64,000 bases of DNA from an uncultured Chloroflexia bacterium (GTDB taxonomy: Bacteria > Chloroflexota > Limnocylindria > Limnocylindrales > CSP1-4). Positions 1 to 10,020 of the stretch are shown piece by piece. Each line of letters starts with the position of its first letter. The first letter of the stretch is position 1. The stretch is from assembly GCA_963813335.1 (NCBI GenBank), contig CAWEYL010000005.1, positions 43,201 to 107,200 of the forward strand. The letters run 5' to 3'. The position numbers and the translations under genes were made by a program. Below the pieces are notes generated by a model, which was given only the letters and a program-made list of their open reading frames with translations, had not been told where the DNA came from and made no database searches.

Positions 1-575
1 GGTCGGGGGAACAGCAGCGGGCTAGCCCGCCAGAGCGCCACGACCGGGACGACGGAATGGCCGAGATCGTCGAGGAGGCGCGGCTGGTCCTGCATGTCGC
101 CGAGCAGGACGATCGCATCGCAGTGGCGGGTCTCGAGGACCGCGGGCAGTGACCACGCTTCGTCGAGCCGGCCATGGCCGAGCACCACGTTGTAACCGCG
201 CCGCGCGGACTCGACGGCGAGCGCCTCGATCGCGCCGGCGAAGAACGGGTCGCCGAAGTCACGGACCACCGCTCCCAGCAGCATGGTCGGCGCGCCGCGC
301 AGGCCGCGGGCCAGGGGGTTCGGCCGGTAGCCGAGCGTCCGGGCGGCAAGGATCACCCGCTCGCGGGTCGCCTCGGTGATGGGGACGCTGGTCGAGACGT
401 CGTTGAGGACCCGGGATACCGTGCTCTGCGAGACGCCCGCCGCGAGGGCGATGTCGCGCATGGTCGGGACGTAGCCGCGGGACCTGGGCGGCGGGGCCGC
501 GGGGCGGCCGTCAGTGCTCGAGTCGGGGTCGCGAACGCCGCCCGACCGATCGAGCGTGGCGTCGTCCGGTCCCAT
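1..575 (-). CDS. LacI-family transcriptional regulator (3' end cut by window edge; alternative start at 461)
   Basis: My reverse-strand translation gives the HTH MRDIALAAGVSQSTVSRVLN, followed by a sugar-binding-fold region (RGLRGAPTMLLGAVVRDFGDPFFAGAIEALAVESARRGYNVVLGH...). It is absent from the ORF track because it has no stop inside the window. Confidence 0.8.
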   Translation of the reverse strand, partial: MGPDDATLDRSGGVRDPDSSTDGRPAAPPPRSRGYVPTMRDIALAAGVSQSTVSRVLNDVSTSVPITEATRERVILAARTLGYRPNPLARGLRGAPTMLLGAVVRDFGDPFFAGAIEALAVESARRGYNVVLGHGRLDEAWSLPAVLETRHCDAIVLLGDMQDQPRLLDDLGHSVVPVVALWRASPLLFPR

Positions 576-603
576 CGTGCAAGCGTAGCACCGAAGATGC
601 GGT

Positions 604-613
604 CATACGTATG
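604..613. promoter_or_regulatory. 10-bp perfect palindrome CATACGTATG with central CG; candidate LacI-type operator upstream of the LacI gene
   Basis: Seen directly about 30 nt upstream of the 575 start. LacI/GalR operators are palindromes with a central CG. The palindrome is short, so this could be chance. Confidence 0.3.
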
Positions 614-722
614 CAATCTTGGGCTGGAGCACGCAAGGATGGACTCCGGGGCCACTTTCGGCGGGCGCGTGGGCGACGCCAGACCCCGGGCGCGACCCGA
701 ACGATCCGGCTGGCGCCTCGCC

Positions 723-1568
723 CTAGTGGACGATCTCGTCGATCTCGGACTGGGTCACCTGCTCGGGCGGCTTCCCGAGGATGATCATGCCGAGGACCTC
801 GTCCTTGGTGACCTTGTGCTTGTCGACCGTCCCGACGAGCTTCCCGGTGGCCATCACGCTGATCCGGTCGGCCAGGTCGAAGACGTCGTGGATGTCGTGG
901 CTGATGAGGAAGATGCCGATCCCCTCCTCCTTCAGCTGCGCCACGAGGTCGCGGACCTGCGCGGTCTCGGCCGGGCCGAGGGCCGCGGTGGGCTCGTCCA
1001 TGATCAGGATCTTCGCGTTGAAGTGGATGGCCCGCGCGATGGCGACCGACTGCCGCTGGCCGCCGGAGAGCGACTTCACGGGGACCTTGAAGTTCTTGAA
1101 GCGCGGATTGAGCCGGCCCATGACGTTGCGGGTGGCCGACTCCATGGCAGAGTCGTCCAGCGAGCCGGTCCGCGTCAGGAGCTCGCGTCCGAGGAACATG
1201 TTCCCTGCGGCGTCGATGTTGTCGGCGAGCGCCAGGGTCTGGTAGATGGTCTCGATCCCGTAGCCCTTGGCCTCGCGGGGGTTGCGGATCGTGACCGGCT
1301 CGCCCCGGATCAGGATCTCGCCCGAGTCGGCTGCCTGGGCCCCCGAGAGGACCCGGATGAGGGTCGACTTGCCGGCGCCGTTGCCGCCGACGAGGCCGAC
1401 CACCTCGCCGACGTGCAGGTCGACGCTGACGTCGTCGACGGCGTGCACGCCGCCGAACGAGACGCTGACGTGGCGCATCTCCACGAGCGGCACGTCGGTC
1501 GCCGCGGCGGCCGCGGCCGGCGCGCCCGCGGGGACGACCGTGGTCCCTGGATCCTGGGGGATGGTCAT
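723..1568 (-). CDS. Sugar ABC transporter ATP-binding protein (single-NBD, CUT2/xylG-like)
   Basis: Walker [10 protein letters not shown], signature [14 protein letters not shown] and Walker [13 protein letters not shown]. Last gene of the SBP-permease-ATPase operon. Confidence 0.9.
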   Translation of the reverse strand: MTIPQDPGTTVVPAGAPAAAAAATDVPLVEMRHVSVSFGGVHAVDDVSVDLHVGEVVGLVGGNGAGKSTLIRVLSGAQAADSGEILIRGEPVTIRNPREAKGYGIETIYQTLALADNIDAAGNMFLGRELLTRTGSLDDSAMESATRNVMGRLNPRFKNFKVPVKSLSGGQRQSVAIARAIHFNAKILIMDEPTAALGPAETAQVRDLVAQLKEEGIGIFLISHDIHDVFDLADRISVMATGKLVGTVDKHKVTKDEVLGMIILGKPPEQVTQSEIDEIVH

Positions 1569-1590
1569 GGTCGTGAGCCTCCCATCATCA

Positions 1591-2916
1591 TCACGTGGAC
1601 CGGCGCCGCAGCCACGAGTCGAAGGCGACCGCCGCGATGAGGACGATGCCGACGACGACGTCCTGGGTCGGCGAGTCGACCAGCAGCAGCACCATCCCCG
1701 AGCGCAGCGATTGCATGATCACCGCGCCGATGACCGCCCCCGCGATCGTCCCGATCCCGCCCGCGAACGACGTCCCGCCGATGACCGCCGCCGAGATCAC
1801 GTCGAGCTCGTTCTGGATGCCGAGGTTCGTGACCGCGGCGTTCAGGCGGGCCGTCTGGACGGCCGCGCTGATGGTGGTCAGGATCCCCATCAGGACGAAG
1901 GTCAGCATGAGCGTCCGGCGGACGTTGATGCCACCGAGCTCGGCCGCGTCGGGGTTGCCGCCGATCGCGTAGACGTAGCGGCCGAACTTCCGCCGGTTGG
2001 CGATGTAGGTCATCACCAGCGCGACCCCGACCATGATGATGACGGGGATCGGGATGCCGGTCGGGATGATCAGCCCGCCGGGCGGCTCGGTGATGCCGTG
2101 GTCGATGGCGTACTGCGTCGCCAGCGCCGGCGGCCATGGGTAGCTGTTCATGATCTGGACGGCGCCGAGCACGAGGACGCAGCCGATGGCGCCGACCGTG
2201 ACCTCCGCCCACATCGGGCGGACCGGGAACCCGTAGCGGCGGCGGCGGCGGCGCCCGAAGTAGAGCGTCGCGATGATCGCGATGCAGGCGAGGATGCCGA
2301 CCGCCCAGCTGAGCGTCTCGCCCAGCGACCCGCCCGGGCCGCCGCCGAGGAGCTGGAAGGTCTTGTCGAGGGGCGCGAGCGTCTGCCCCTGGGCATAGCG
2401 GAAGATGAGTCCGCGCCAGATGAGGAAGCCGCCGAGGGTGACGATGAAGGCCGGGACGCGGCCGTAGGCGATGATGAAGCCCTGGAGGGCGCCGATGAGC
2501 GCACCGAGAAGCGCACCGGCGGCGAGCACGACGATCCAGGTGAACGGCTGGTCGTAGCCGAGGCCGAGCGTCTCGGGGATCCAGGTGATCTGCATCATCG
2601 CCATCGTGTAGCCCAGGAAGCCGAGCAGCGAACCGACCGACAGGTCGATGTTGCGCGACACGATGATGAGGACCATGCCGGTCGCCATGATCGCGATCGA
2701 GGCGCTCTGGACCGACAGGTTCGAGAGGTTCCGCGGCGTGATGAAGTTGCCGCCGGACAGGAGGTCGAAGCCCAGCCAGATCACGCCGAGGCCGACGAGC
2801 ATCCCCAGCAGTCGCGTGTCGATCTCGGTGACCCGCAGGAACGCCGTGACGGCCCCACCGATCGAGCGGCGGGGTGGCGTCGGTGCCGTGGCGGGTGCGC
2901 TCGTAGCCTCAGTCAT
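1591..2916 (-). CDS. Sugar ABC transporter permease (CUT2 family, xylH/rbsC-like)
   Basis: 441-aa polytopic hydrophobic protein with the C-terminal [22 protein letters not shown] motif typical of RbsC/XylH permeases. Sits between the SBP and ATPase genes. Confidence 0.88.
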   Translation of the reverse strand: MTEATSAPATAPTPPRRSIGGAVTAFLRVTEIDTRLLGMLVGLGVIWLGFDLLSGGNFITPRNLSNLSVQSASIAIMATGMVLIIVSRNIDLSVGSLLGFLGYTMAMMQITWIPETLGLGYDQPFTWIVVLAAGALLGALIGALQGFIIAYGRVPAFIVTLGGFLIWRGLIFRYAQGQTLAPLDKTFQLLGGGPGGSLGETLSWAVGILACIAIIATLYFGRRRRRRYGFPVRPMWAEVTVGAIGCVLVLGAVQIMNSYPWPPALATQYAIDHGITEPPGGLIIPTGIPIPVIIMVGVALVMTYIANRRKFGRYVYAIGGNPDAAELGGINVRRTLMLTFVLMGILTTISAAVQTARLNAAVTNLGIQNELDVISAAVIGGTSFAGGIGTIAGAVIGAVIMQSLRSGMVLLLVDSPTQDVVVGIVLIAAVAFDSWLRRRST

Positions 2917-2964
2917 CGAGGACCCCTTCTCGGGAGGGACACGACGGACTAGGAGAACGTGAGG

Positions 2965-3001
2965 CGCCCTGCCCGGCCGGCGGAGCCGGCGGGGCAGGGC
3001 G
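2965..3001 (-). terminator. Strong intercistronic hairpin (17-bp stem, one mismatch, 3-nt loop) after the SBP gene
   Basis: CGCCCTGCCCGGCCGGC-gga-GCCGGCGGGGCAGGGCG, in the 112-nt gap between the SBP stop and the permease start. Confidence 0.5.
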
Positions 3002-3028
3002 ATCGCTATCGAGGGTCAGTTCGAGCGG

Positions 3029-4108
3029 CTAGCAGCCGCCGACGGAACCCGCCGTGACGTCCTTGCAGAGGTCGGCCTTGGTGATCCAGCCAGCGTCGAG
3101 GACCGCGTTGAGGTTGTCCTTCGTGATCGGGTTCGGCTGGAGCTGGATGCCGCTGACGTTGTTCCCACCGGGGGTGGTGAACGGCGAGGCGCCAGCGATC
3201 TTGTCGACCGCGGTGCCACCGCACAGGGAGATGGCTGCGGCACCGGCGGCCGCGCCCAGGAGGCGCGCGTCCTTCCAGACGGAGACCGTCTGGGAGCCGA
3301 GGGCGACGCGGTTGAGGGCGGCCTTGTCGCCGTCCTGGCCCGAAAGCGGGACCTTGAGGCCCTGTGCCTTGAGCGCAGCGTAGGCGCCCGTGGCCATGCC
3401 GTCGTTCTCGGAGAGGACCGCATCGACCTTGTTGTCGTTGGCGGTCAGGATCTGCTCCATGTTGGTCTGGGCCTTGGCGCCATCCCAGTTGTCGGTGTAG
3501 ACCTCGCCGACGATCTTGATGGTATCGCTCGACTTGCCCACGTCGGGGATGCCGGCCTCGGTCATGCCCGCGCGGAGGAAGTCGGCGTTGGCGTCAGCCT
3601 TGTTGCCCTTGATGATCGCGAAGTTGCCCTTCGAGACGACCTTCAGGATCTCCTGCGCCATCATCTTGCCGACGAGCTTGTTGTCGAAGGTGAGGTAGAG
3701 GACGGCCGGGTCCTCGATCAGGCGGTCATACGCGATGACCGGGATCTTGGCTGCGGTCGCCGCCGCGACGGACGACTTGATGGCCGTGCCGTCCTGGGCG
3801 AGGATGATCAGGACCTTGGCGCCCTGCGAGATCAGGTTCTGGACGTTGGACGTCTGGGTCTCGGCGGACGACTTGGCGTCGTTCGAGATGTACTTGGCGC
3901 CGGCGGCGTCGAGGGCCTTCTTGATGGCCGGCTCGTCCCACTTGGCCCAGCGCTCTTCGTTGTAGTTGTTCCACGACACGCCGACGGTGCATCCGGCGGC
4001 CGAACCGCCGCCCCCGGACGCTGCCGGGCTGCTGCCCGAATTGGAACACGCGGCGAGCGCGATCATCGTGACCGCCCCCATGACCGCGAACCTGCTCTTG
4101 AACTTCAC
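3029..4108 (-). CDS. Sugar (xylose-type) ABC substrate-binding lipoprotein
   Basis: The periplasmic-binding-protein type I sequence (VGVSWNNYNEERWAKWDEPAIKKALDAAGAKYISNDAKSSAETQ...) resembles XylF. I chose the GTG start at 4108 because a GAGGAGGA RBS lies 8 nt upstream and it yields the lipobox signal VKFKSRFAVMGAVTMIALAAC. Confidence 0.85.
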   Translation of the reverse strand: MKFKSRFAVMGAVTMIALAACSNSGSSPAASGGGGSAAGCTVGVSWNNYNEERWAKWDEPAIKKALDAAGAKYISNDAKSSAETQTSNVQNLISQGAKVLIILAQDGTAIKSSVAAATAAKIPVIAYDRLIEDPAVLYLTFDNKLVGKMMAQEILKVVSKGNFAIIKGNKADANADFLRAGMTEAGIPDVGKSSDTIKIVGEVYTDNWDGAKAQTNMEQILTANDNKVDAVLSENDGMATGAYAALKAQGLKVPLSGQDGDKAALNRVALGSQTVSVWKDARLLGAAAGAAAISLCGGTAVDKIAGASPFTTPGGNNVSGIQLQPNPITKDNLNAVLDAGWITKADLCKDVTAGSVGGC

Positions 4109-4195
4109 TTGGTTGCTCCTCCTCTGTACACATACCGCGACAGAACGCGAGATGGTCGACGCTAGGCTACCACCCTCCTTGTCCGGATTCCGCAC

Positions 4196-5443
4196 TCATG
4201 CGCTGGCTCGGGCGGTCAGGGCGCCACGGCGCAACCACAGCGCCGGATCGCCGAGCAGCGGTTCGAAGGCGAGTTCAGCGGCACCGAGCAGCGGGGCATC
4301 GGCACCGAGGGCCGCCGGGACGACGCGGACCAGGCGTCGCGGGGCCTGCAGCGCGAGCCGGTCGAGTTCGCGCTCGACGACCGCCTGGGTGTACGGATGG
4401 ATGCGCCCCAGCAGGCCGCCGAGGACGATCAGCCGCGGGTCGAAGATGTTCACCAGGCCGGCCAGCCCGCGACCCAGCCATGCCCCCGTCTCCTCGAGCG
4501 CCGCGAGGGCCCGCGGGTTCCCGGCCTCGGCCTCGCGCAGGACCGCGTCCACCTCGAGCGCCCCCCGGCCGGCATGGCGGCCCGCGCGCCGCAGCAGCGC
4601 GCCTTCGCCGACCTCGGTCTCCCAGCAGCCGATGGACCCGCAGCGGCAGGTGACGCCGTTCGGGTTCATGGGCATATGCCCGACCTCGCCGGCGTAGCCG
4701 GCCACGCCGGTGAGCGGCACGCCGTCCACGATCAGGCCGCCGCCGACCCCCACCTCGCCCTGCAGGAACAGCACGTGGTCCGCACCGATGGCGGCGCCAC
4801 GGCGCAACTCGGCGACAGCGCCCAGGTCGGCGTCGTTGGCGATCGAGATCGGGATCGCCCGTCCCAGGGCGGCAGCGAGCCGCTCACCCAGCGGGACGTC
4901 GACCCAGCCGAGGTTGGGGGCCATCGAGACCAGGCCGTCCTGGCGGCGGACCACGCCGACGACGGCGACCCCGATCCCGAGCTCGGGATGGGCGCCTGGG
5001 CGCCGCGAGCGGACGTGCGCCACGAGCCGCGCGAGGTCGGCGACGATCTCCTCGACGGTCGTGTGCCCGGGCGTGCGCTCGATCCGGATGAGGTCGATGA
5101 CCTCGCCGCCGAGGCCCACCCGCGCGACGGCGAGCGAATCGACCGCGATCTCGAGGGCCAGCACGACCGCGCCATGCGGGTCGAGCGAGACCCGCGGCGA
5201 CGGGCGGCCCGGCAGGCCGCGCGCGGATCCCGGCTTCTCGACCGCCAGGCCGCCGGCGACCAGCTCGCCGACGAGCGTCCGGATGGCGCCGCGGGTCAAC
5301 CCGGTGCGGGCTACGAGCGTCGAGCGCGACTGGGGGCCGCGGAGGTGCAGCTCCTGGACGATCGCCCGCAGATTCGCGCGGCGGACCGTCTCGCTTCGCT
5401 GTCCGATCTCGACGACCAACGGTTTTGTGTTCCTCTTGCTCAA
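4196..5443 (-). CDS. ROK-family transcriptional repressor (XylR/Rok7B7-like)
   Basis: N-terminal wHTH (RRANLRAIVQELHLRGPQSRSTLVARTGLTRGAI), a ROK sugar-kinase-like fold and the zinc motif CRCGSIGCWE. Located directly upstream of the sugar ABC operon. Confidence 0.88.
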   Translation of the reverse strand: MSKRNTKPLVVEIGQRSETVRRANLRAIVQELHLRGPQSRSTLVARTGLTRGAIRTLVGELVAGGLAVEKPGSARGLPGRPSPRVSLDPHGAVVLALEIAVDSLAVARVGLGGEVIDLIRIERTPGHTTVEEIVADLARLVAHVRSRRPGAHPELGIGVAVVGVVRRQDGLVSMAPNLGWVDVPLGERLAAALGRAIPISIANDADLGAVAELRRGAAIGADHVLFLQGEVGVGGGLIVDGVPLTGVAGYAGEVGHMPMNPNGVTCRCGSIGCWETEVGEGALLRRAGRHAGRGALEVDAVLREAEAGNPRALAALEETGAWLGRGLAGLVNIFDPRLIVLGGLLGRIHPYTQAVVERELDRLALQAPRRLVRVVPAALGADAPLLGAAELAFEPLLGDPALWLRRGALTARASA

Positions 5444-5522
5444 ATGACTGCGGTAGGCTCTACCCCGGCCGCCGCCATGTCAAGGGCCATTCCGCGCGAA
5501 GGAGATCGTCAGGGGTGAACGG

Positions 5523-7175
5523 ATGAGCCGGGGCCGGGCGGCCGCCGCGCTGGCCGGCGTCGGCGTCCTCGTCGTCGTCGCCATCGGCGCGCTCGTGGCG
5601 ACCGGGGCGATCGCCGGGAACCGGGCGCTCGAGGCGCCGCACTACGTCGAGGAGACGGCGAGCGCCGGCATCGACCAGGTCTTCGGCAGCGACTTCGTCT
5701 ACTCCGTCGGCGGCGGGGTGGCCGTCTTCGACTGCGACGGCGACGGCAAGCCCGATGTCTACCTCCCCGGCGGGAACGGGCCGGCCACGCTCTACCGGGA
5801 CGTGAGCCCGGTGGGCGGCGCCCTGCGGTTCAGCGCGATCCACGACGCCGCGACCGACCTCGATGCGGTGAACGGCGCCTATCCCCTTGACATCGACGGC
5901 GACGGGATCATCGACCTGGCCGTCCTCCGGGTCGGCGAGAGCGTGCTGCTCCACGGACTCGGGGGCTGCCGCTTCGAGCGGGCGAACGAGGCGTGGGGCT
6001 TCGACGGCGGCCACGCGCAGACCACCGCGTTCAGCGCGACCTGGGAAGGCTCCGCGGCGATGCCGACCCTGGCGATCGGGCGCTACCTGGGCCTCGACGC
6101 CAGCGGCGCGCAGACCAGCACGTGCGACGGGAACGAGCTCGTCCGGCCGGCCGCCGGCGGGTCCGGCTACGGCCCGGCGACGGCCCTCGCCCCGGGTTAC
6201 TGCACGCTCTCGATGCTGTTCAGCGACTGGGACCGGTCCGGCCGCCGCGACCTGCGGGTGAGCAACGACCGCCATTACGACGTCAACGCCCAGGAGCAGC
6301 TCTGGCGGGTGGCGGCCGGCGCGGCGCCGCGTCTCTATACGGAGGCGGATGGCTGGGTGACGATGCGGATCTGGGGGATGGGGATCGCCAGCTACGACGT
6401 GACCGGGGACCCGTACCCGGAGGTCTACCTCACGAGCCAGGGCGACAACAAGCTCCAGACGCTCGCCGCCGGGCCGACCGCGCCGACCTACCGCGATATC
6501 GCCCTCGACCACGGGGTGACCGCCGCCCAGCCGTTCGCGGGCGGCGACGCCCTGCCCTCGACGGCGTGGCACCCCGAGTTCGACGACGTCAACAACGACG
6601 GCTTCATGGACCTCTTCGTGTCCAAGGGCAACGTGAGCGACCAGCCCGACTTCGCCCAGCGCGACCCGAGCAACCTGCTGCTGGGACAGCCCGACGGCGT
6701 CTTCGTCGAAGGGGCGGAGGCGGCCGGCGTGCTGAGCTTCGACCGCGGGCGCGGGGCAGCTCTCGCCGACTTCAACCTCGACGGCCTCCTCGACCTGGTC
6801 GAGGTGGACTACGGCGGCCCGACGCGGATCTGGCGCAACGTCGGCGGCGGCGACGCGTCGAGCCCGGAGCCGATGGGCCACTGGCTCGCCCTGCGGATCG
6901 AGCAGCCGGCCCCGAACCCCGATGCGATCGGCGGCTGGCTCGAGACGCGCGTGGGTGGCGTGACCACCCAGCGAGAGCTGACGGTCGGCGGCGGCCACGT
7001 GGGCGGCCAGCTGGGCTGGGTTCACGTCGGGCTGGGGGCGGCGACCGCGGCCGACGTCCGAGTCCTCTGGCCGGACGGCAGCGCCGGCCCGTGGATCACG
7101 CTGGCGGCCGACCGATTCGCCATCATCACCAAGGGCGCGACGGACGCGACGGCGTGGACGCCGCCGGCCGACTGA
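5523..7175 (+). CDS. CRTAC1-family FG-GAP/VCBS repeat protein with C-terminal ASPIC/UnbV domain, membrane-anchored
   Basis: N-terminal TM segment. Repeated Ca-binding DxDGDG motifs (DCDGDGKPDVY, DIDGDGIIDL, DVNNDGFMDLF, DFNLDGLLDLV). UnbV-like C-terminus (GGGHVGGQLGWVHVGLG...VRVLWPDGS). Confidence 0.8.
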   Translation: MSRGRAAAALAGVGVLVVVAIGALVATGAIAGNRALEAPHYVEETASAGIDQVFGSDFVYSVGGGVAVFDCDGDGKPDVYLPGGNGPATLYRDVSPVGGALRFSAIHDAATDLDAVNGAYPLDIDGDGIIDLAVLRVGESVLLHGLGGCRFERANEAWGFDGGHAQTTAFSATWEGSAAMPTLAIGRYLGLDASGAQTSTCDGNELVRPAAGGSGYGPATALAPGYCTLSMLFSDWDRSGRRDLRVSNDRHYDVNAQEQLWRVAAGAAPRLYTEADGWVTMRIWGMGIASYDVTGDPYPEVYLTSQGDNKLQTLAAGPTAPTYRDIALDHGVTAAQPFAGGDALPSTAWHPEFDDVNNDGFMDLFVSKGNVSDQPDFAQRDPSNLLLGQPDGVFVEGAEAAGVLSFDRGRGAALADFNLDGLLDLVEVDYGGPTRIWRNVGGGDASSPEPMGHWLALRIEQPAPNPDAIGGWLETRVGGVTTQRELTVGGGHVGGQLGWVHVGLGAATAADVRVLWPDGSAGPWITLAADRFAIITKGATDATAWTPPAD

Positions 7176-7198
7176 CCGAGCGACGAGGAGGACGATCG

Positions 7199-8572
7199 AT
7201 GGCGACGGCTCGACTGGCCGAAGTCCGGCTGCCCGAGTTCGGCGTGTCCGAGTTCGCCCCGGAGGTCCCGGCCGCGACCTACGCCGCCCGGCTCGAGGCC
7301 CTGCGCGAACGCGCCGAGCGGGCGGGCTACGACCGCCTCGTCGTGTACGCCGATCGCGAGCACAGCGCCAACCTCGCGTTCCTGAGCGGCTTCGACCCGC
7401 GGTTCGAGGAGGCGATCCTGGTCGTCGGGCCGGTCGGCGACCCGGCCATCCTGCTGGGCAACGAGTGCTACGCCATGGCCGGGGCCGCGCCGCTCCCGAT
7501 GCGCCGGGTCCGCTTCCAGGACCTGAGCCTGCCGAGCCAGCCCCGGGATCGCTCGCAGCCGCTGGCCACGATCCTCGCGGACGAGGGGATCGGCGCCGGG
7601 AGCCGGGTCGGCGTGCTGGGCTGGAAGCCCTACGCCGACCGACGCTGGATCGACATCCCGGCGTTCATCGTGGACGAGCTGCGCGGGCTCGTCGGCGCCT
7701 CGGGGACGGTCGAGAACGCCAACGAGCTGCTGGTCGATCCGGCCGACGGCCTGCGGATCATCAACGACGTCGACCAGCTGGCCGTCTTCGAGCACGCGTC
7801 GTCGCGCACCTCGCAGGGGGTCCGCGACCTGCTCGCCGGCCTGGCGCCGGGGATGCGCGAGCGCGAGGCCGTCCGCCTCCTCGGCTGGGACGGCACGCCG
7901 CTCTCGTGCCACGTGATGCTGACCGCCGGGCCGCGGGCCACGTTCGGGCTGCTGAGCCCGGGCGACCGGCGCATCGAGCGCGGCGACCGGTTCACGACCG
8001 CCTTCGGGATCTGGGGCGCCCTCACCTGCCGGGCGGGCTTCGTCGTCGAGGACGCGGCCGAGCTGCCCGACGGGATCCGCGACTACGTCGAGCGACTCGT
8101 GGGACCGTACTTCGCGGCCGTCGCCGAGTGGTACGGCGCGCTGCACATCGGCCAGACCGGCGGGACGCTGCAGGCCATCATCGACCGGCACCTCGGCGAC
8201 CCGTTCTTCGGGATCTTCCTCAACCCCGGCCACCAGCTGCACCTCGACGAATGGGTGAACTCGCCGATCTGGCCGGGCTCCACGGTCGAGCTGCGCTCCG
8301 GGATGGCGATGCAGGTCGACATCATCCCGGCCACGGGCACCCCCTACTTCACGACCAACATCGAGGACGGCATCGCGCTCGCCGACGAGACCCTGCGCGG
8401 GTCGTTCGCGGCCGCCTACCCCGAGGCGTGGGCGCGCATCGAGGCGCGGCGACGGTTCATGGCCGACACGCTCGGCATCGACCTCCACCCGGACGTGCTG
8501 CCGCTCTCCAACCTGGCGGCCGCCCTGCCGCCGTTCCTCCTGCGCCCCGACCGGGTCATGACCGTCGGCTGA
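7199..8572 (+). CDS. M24-family metallopeptidase-like protein (Xaa-Pro aminopeptidase/creatinase fold)
   Basis: ATG at 7199 follows a GAGGAGGA RBS. The N-terminal domain is creatinase/prolidase-like (ARLEALRERAERAGYDRLVVYADREHSANLAFLSGFDP) and the C-terminal region looks like a pita-bread fold. The family call comes from my reading of motifs only. Confidence 0.55.
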   Translation: MATARLAEVRLPEFGVSEFAPEVPAATYAARLEALRERAERAGYDRLVVYADREHSANLAFLSGFDPRFEEAILVVGPVGDPAILLGNECYAMAGAAPLPMRRVRFQDLSLPSQPRDRSQPLATILADEGIGAGSRVGVLGWKPYADRRWIDIPAFIVDELRGLVGASGTVENANELLVDPADGLRIINDVDQLAVFEHASSRTSQGVRDLLAGLAPGMREREAVRLLGWDGTPLSCHVMLTAGPRATFGLLSPGDRRIERGDRFTTAFGIWGALTCRAGFVVEDAAELPDGIRDYVERLVGPYFAAVAEWYGALHIGQTGGTLQAIIDRHLGDPFFGIFLNPGHQLHLDEWVNSPIWPGSTVELRSGMAMQVDIIPATGTPYFTTNIEDGIALADETLRGSFAAAYPEAWARIEARRRFMADTLGIDLHPDVLPLSNLAAALPPFLLRPDRVMTVG

Positions 8573-8586
8573 GGCGCCAGCCGGAC

Positions 8587-9349
8587 TCAGGTCCTGGCGG
8601 TCCCCGGCTCGAGGCGCGCCCGGAGCAGCGCGCTGCCGGCGGCGTCGAGCAGCCGGAACGACCAGCCGCCGGCGTCGGCCCAGACCGCGGCCTCGAGCGT
8701 GGCGCCGGGCTCGGCCGCCGAGGCGTACTCGAGCCGCATCGCCCGCGGCACGGCGCCGACGGCGCGGGGATCCCCGGCGGCGATGACCGCCTCGTCGACC
8801 CAGTCGGCGTAGACGGCGTTGTTGACGTGGGCCATCGGGTCGAGCTCCTGCGGGCGGACGGTGAAGGCGTGCCGATGCGCGTCCGCAGGCGGGTCATCGA
8901 GGGCGACGCGGCCGAGGGCGAGCGCCCCGGCGGGGACCTGGAAGGTGGCCTCGAAGATCGCCGGGATCCGGATCGGGACGCCGCGGTCGTCCACGAGCAC
9001 CCAGTCGATGTCGACGCGTGGCCACGAGCGCTCCCGCCGCGTCGTGGATGTCCGAGTGGCGGCGCGACCAGACCCGCCGGAAGCCGACGACGTGGGTCGT
9101 CGCGGTCAGGTTCGAACCGACCGGGATCTCGCCGAGGATCGCGAGGCTTGCCGCCCGGACCAGCCAGGTCAGGCGCTGCTCGCCGTACCACGCCCGGTCG
9201 AAGCCGAGCGCCGCCGAGTGGATCCAGGCGAGGTCCTGCGCGTAGCGCAGCAGGGACGACGTCCGCAGGCGGCCATCCGGCGCGGCCTCGTCGAAGCGCA
9301 CGCGGAACGGGGCGCTGAAGCCGGGGCCGGCACCCTCGCCGGTGCTCAT
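8587..9349 (-). pseudogene. Acyl-ACP/acyl-CoA thioesterase (two hot-dog domains), disrupted by a 1-nt frameshift near 9016
   Basis: The N-terminal half (MSTGEGAGPGFSAPFRVRFDEAAPDGRLRTSSLLRYAQDLAWIH...) lies in the frame of ORF 8894..10270. The C-terminal half (VDIDWVLVDDRGVPIRIP...HVNNAVYADWVDEAV) lies in the frame of ORF 8587..9000. The junction reads GCC ACG c GTC GAC ATC GAC TGG. Confidence 0.75.
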
Positions 9350-10020
9350 CGGGGCAGGCCGGCGAGCTCGTCGAGCGTCTCGATCGAGATCAGCCGCGTC
9401 CCCTCGGTCGGGGCGGTCTGGCGATCGAGCCGGACGGCGCACGAGCGCGCGGCATCGAAGACGACCAGGGCGACCGCGAGCCGCTCGTCCTCGTCCGCCG
9501 CGTGGGTCCGCGCGTCGTCGAGCTGGTGGAGGACGTCCGCGTTGATGCCCCGCGCGCCCCACTTGCAGTCGTAGGCCTCGGCCGCGCCCGGGCGCTCGAC
9601 GGTCACGTCGTAGGGGTGGATCTCGGCGGCGACCCCGTCGAACAGGATCCGGCGCTCGCGGCGGACCGCTGGCTCGCCGACCCGTCGCGCCAGCAGGGTC
9701 GCGGTCAGCGACTCGACGATCGCGCCGCGTACCTGACTGCGCACCTGTTCCCCGCGATCGGCCACGGCCAGCGAGGCCGCGAGGACCGCTTCGGAGCGGG
9801 CGCGGTCCGGCGGGTCCGCACCGTCGCCGAACAGCCCGGGGAACGTCGCCCGCCACCCGTCGGGGTCCGTCGTCTCGCCGTTCATCACGGCCCGGGCCAG
9901 GACCCGCTGGGCCGGCGTCGCGTCGGCGAGGAGTGCCGCGGTCGCGGCCACCGCCGGCTCGGCCTGGATCCCCGCGTAGACGACCGCGCGGGCGTCGCGG
10001 GCCGCGTCCTGGAACCTCAC
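9346..10020 (-). CDS. Hypothetical protein with a possible PD-(D/E)xK nuclease-like C-terminal motif
   Basis: 224-aa ORF with a GTG start. Its start overlaps the upstream gene's stop (10017-10020), and its stop overlaps the thioesterase start in an ATGA overlap. Motif ...HPYDVTVERPGAAEAYDCKWG (D-x12-D-x-K). Confidence 0.55.
   Translation of the reverse strand: MRFQDAARDARAVVYAGIQAEPAVAATAALLADATPAQRVLARAVMNGETTDPDGWRATFPGLFGDGADPPDRARSEAVLAASLAVADRGEQVRSQVRGAIVESLTATLLARRVGEPAVRRERRILFDGVAAEIHPYDVTVERPGAAEAYDCKWGARGINADVLHQLDDARTHAADEDERLAVALVVFDAARSCAVRLDRQTAPTEGTRLISIETLDELAGLPR

Noticed and set aside
9100-9125. GGTTCGAACC, resembling a tRNA T-arm.
   Set aside because: It lies inside the thioesterase coding frame. 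The flanks have no acceptor, D or anticodon stems. None of the intergenic gaps over 60 nt looked tRNA-like either.
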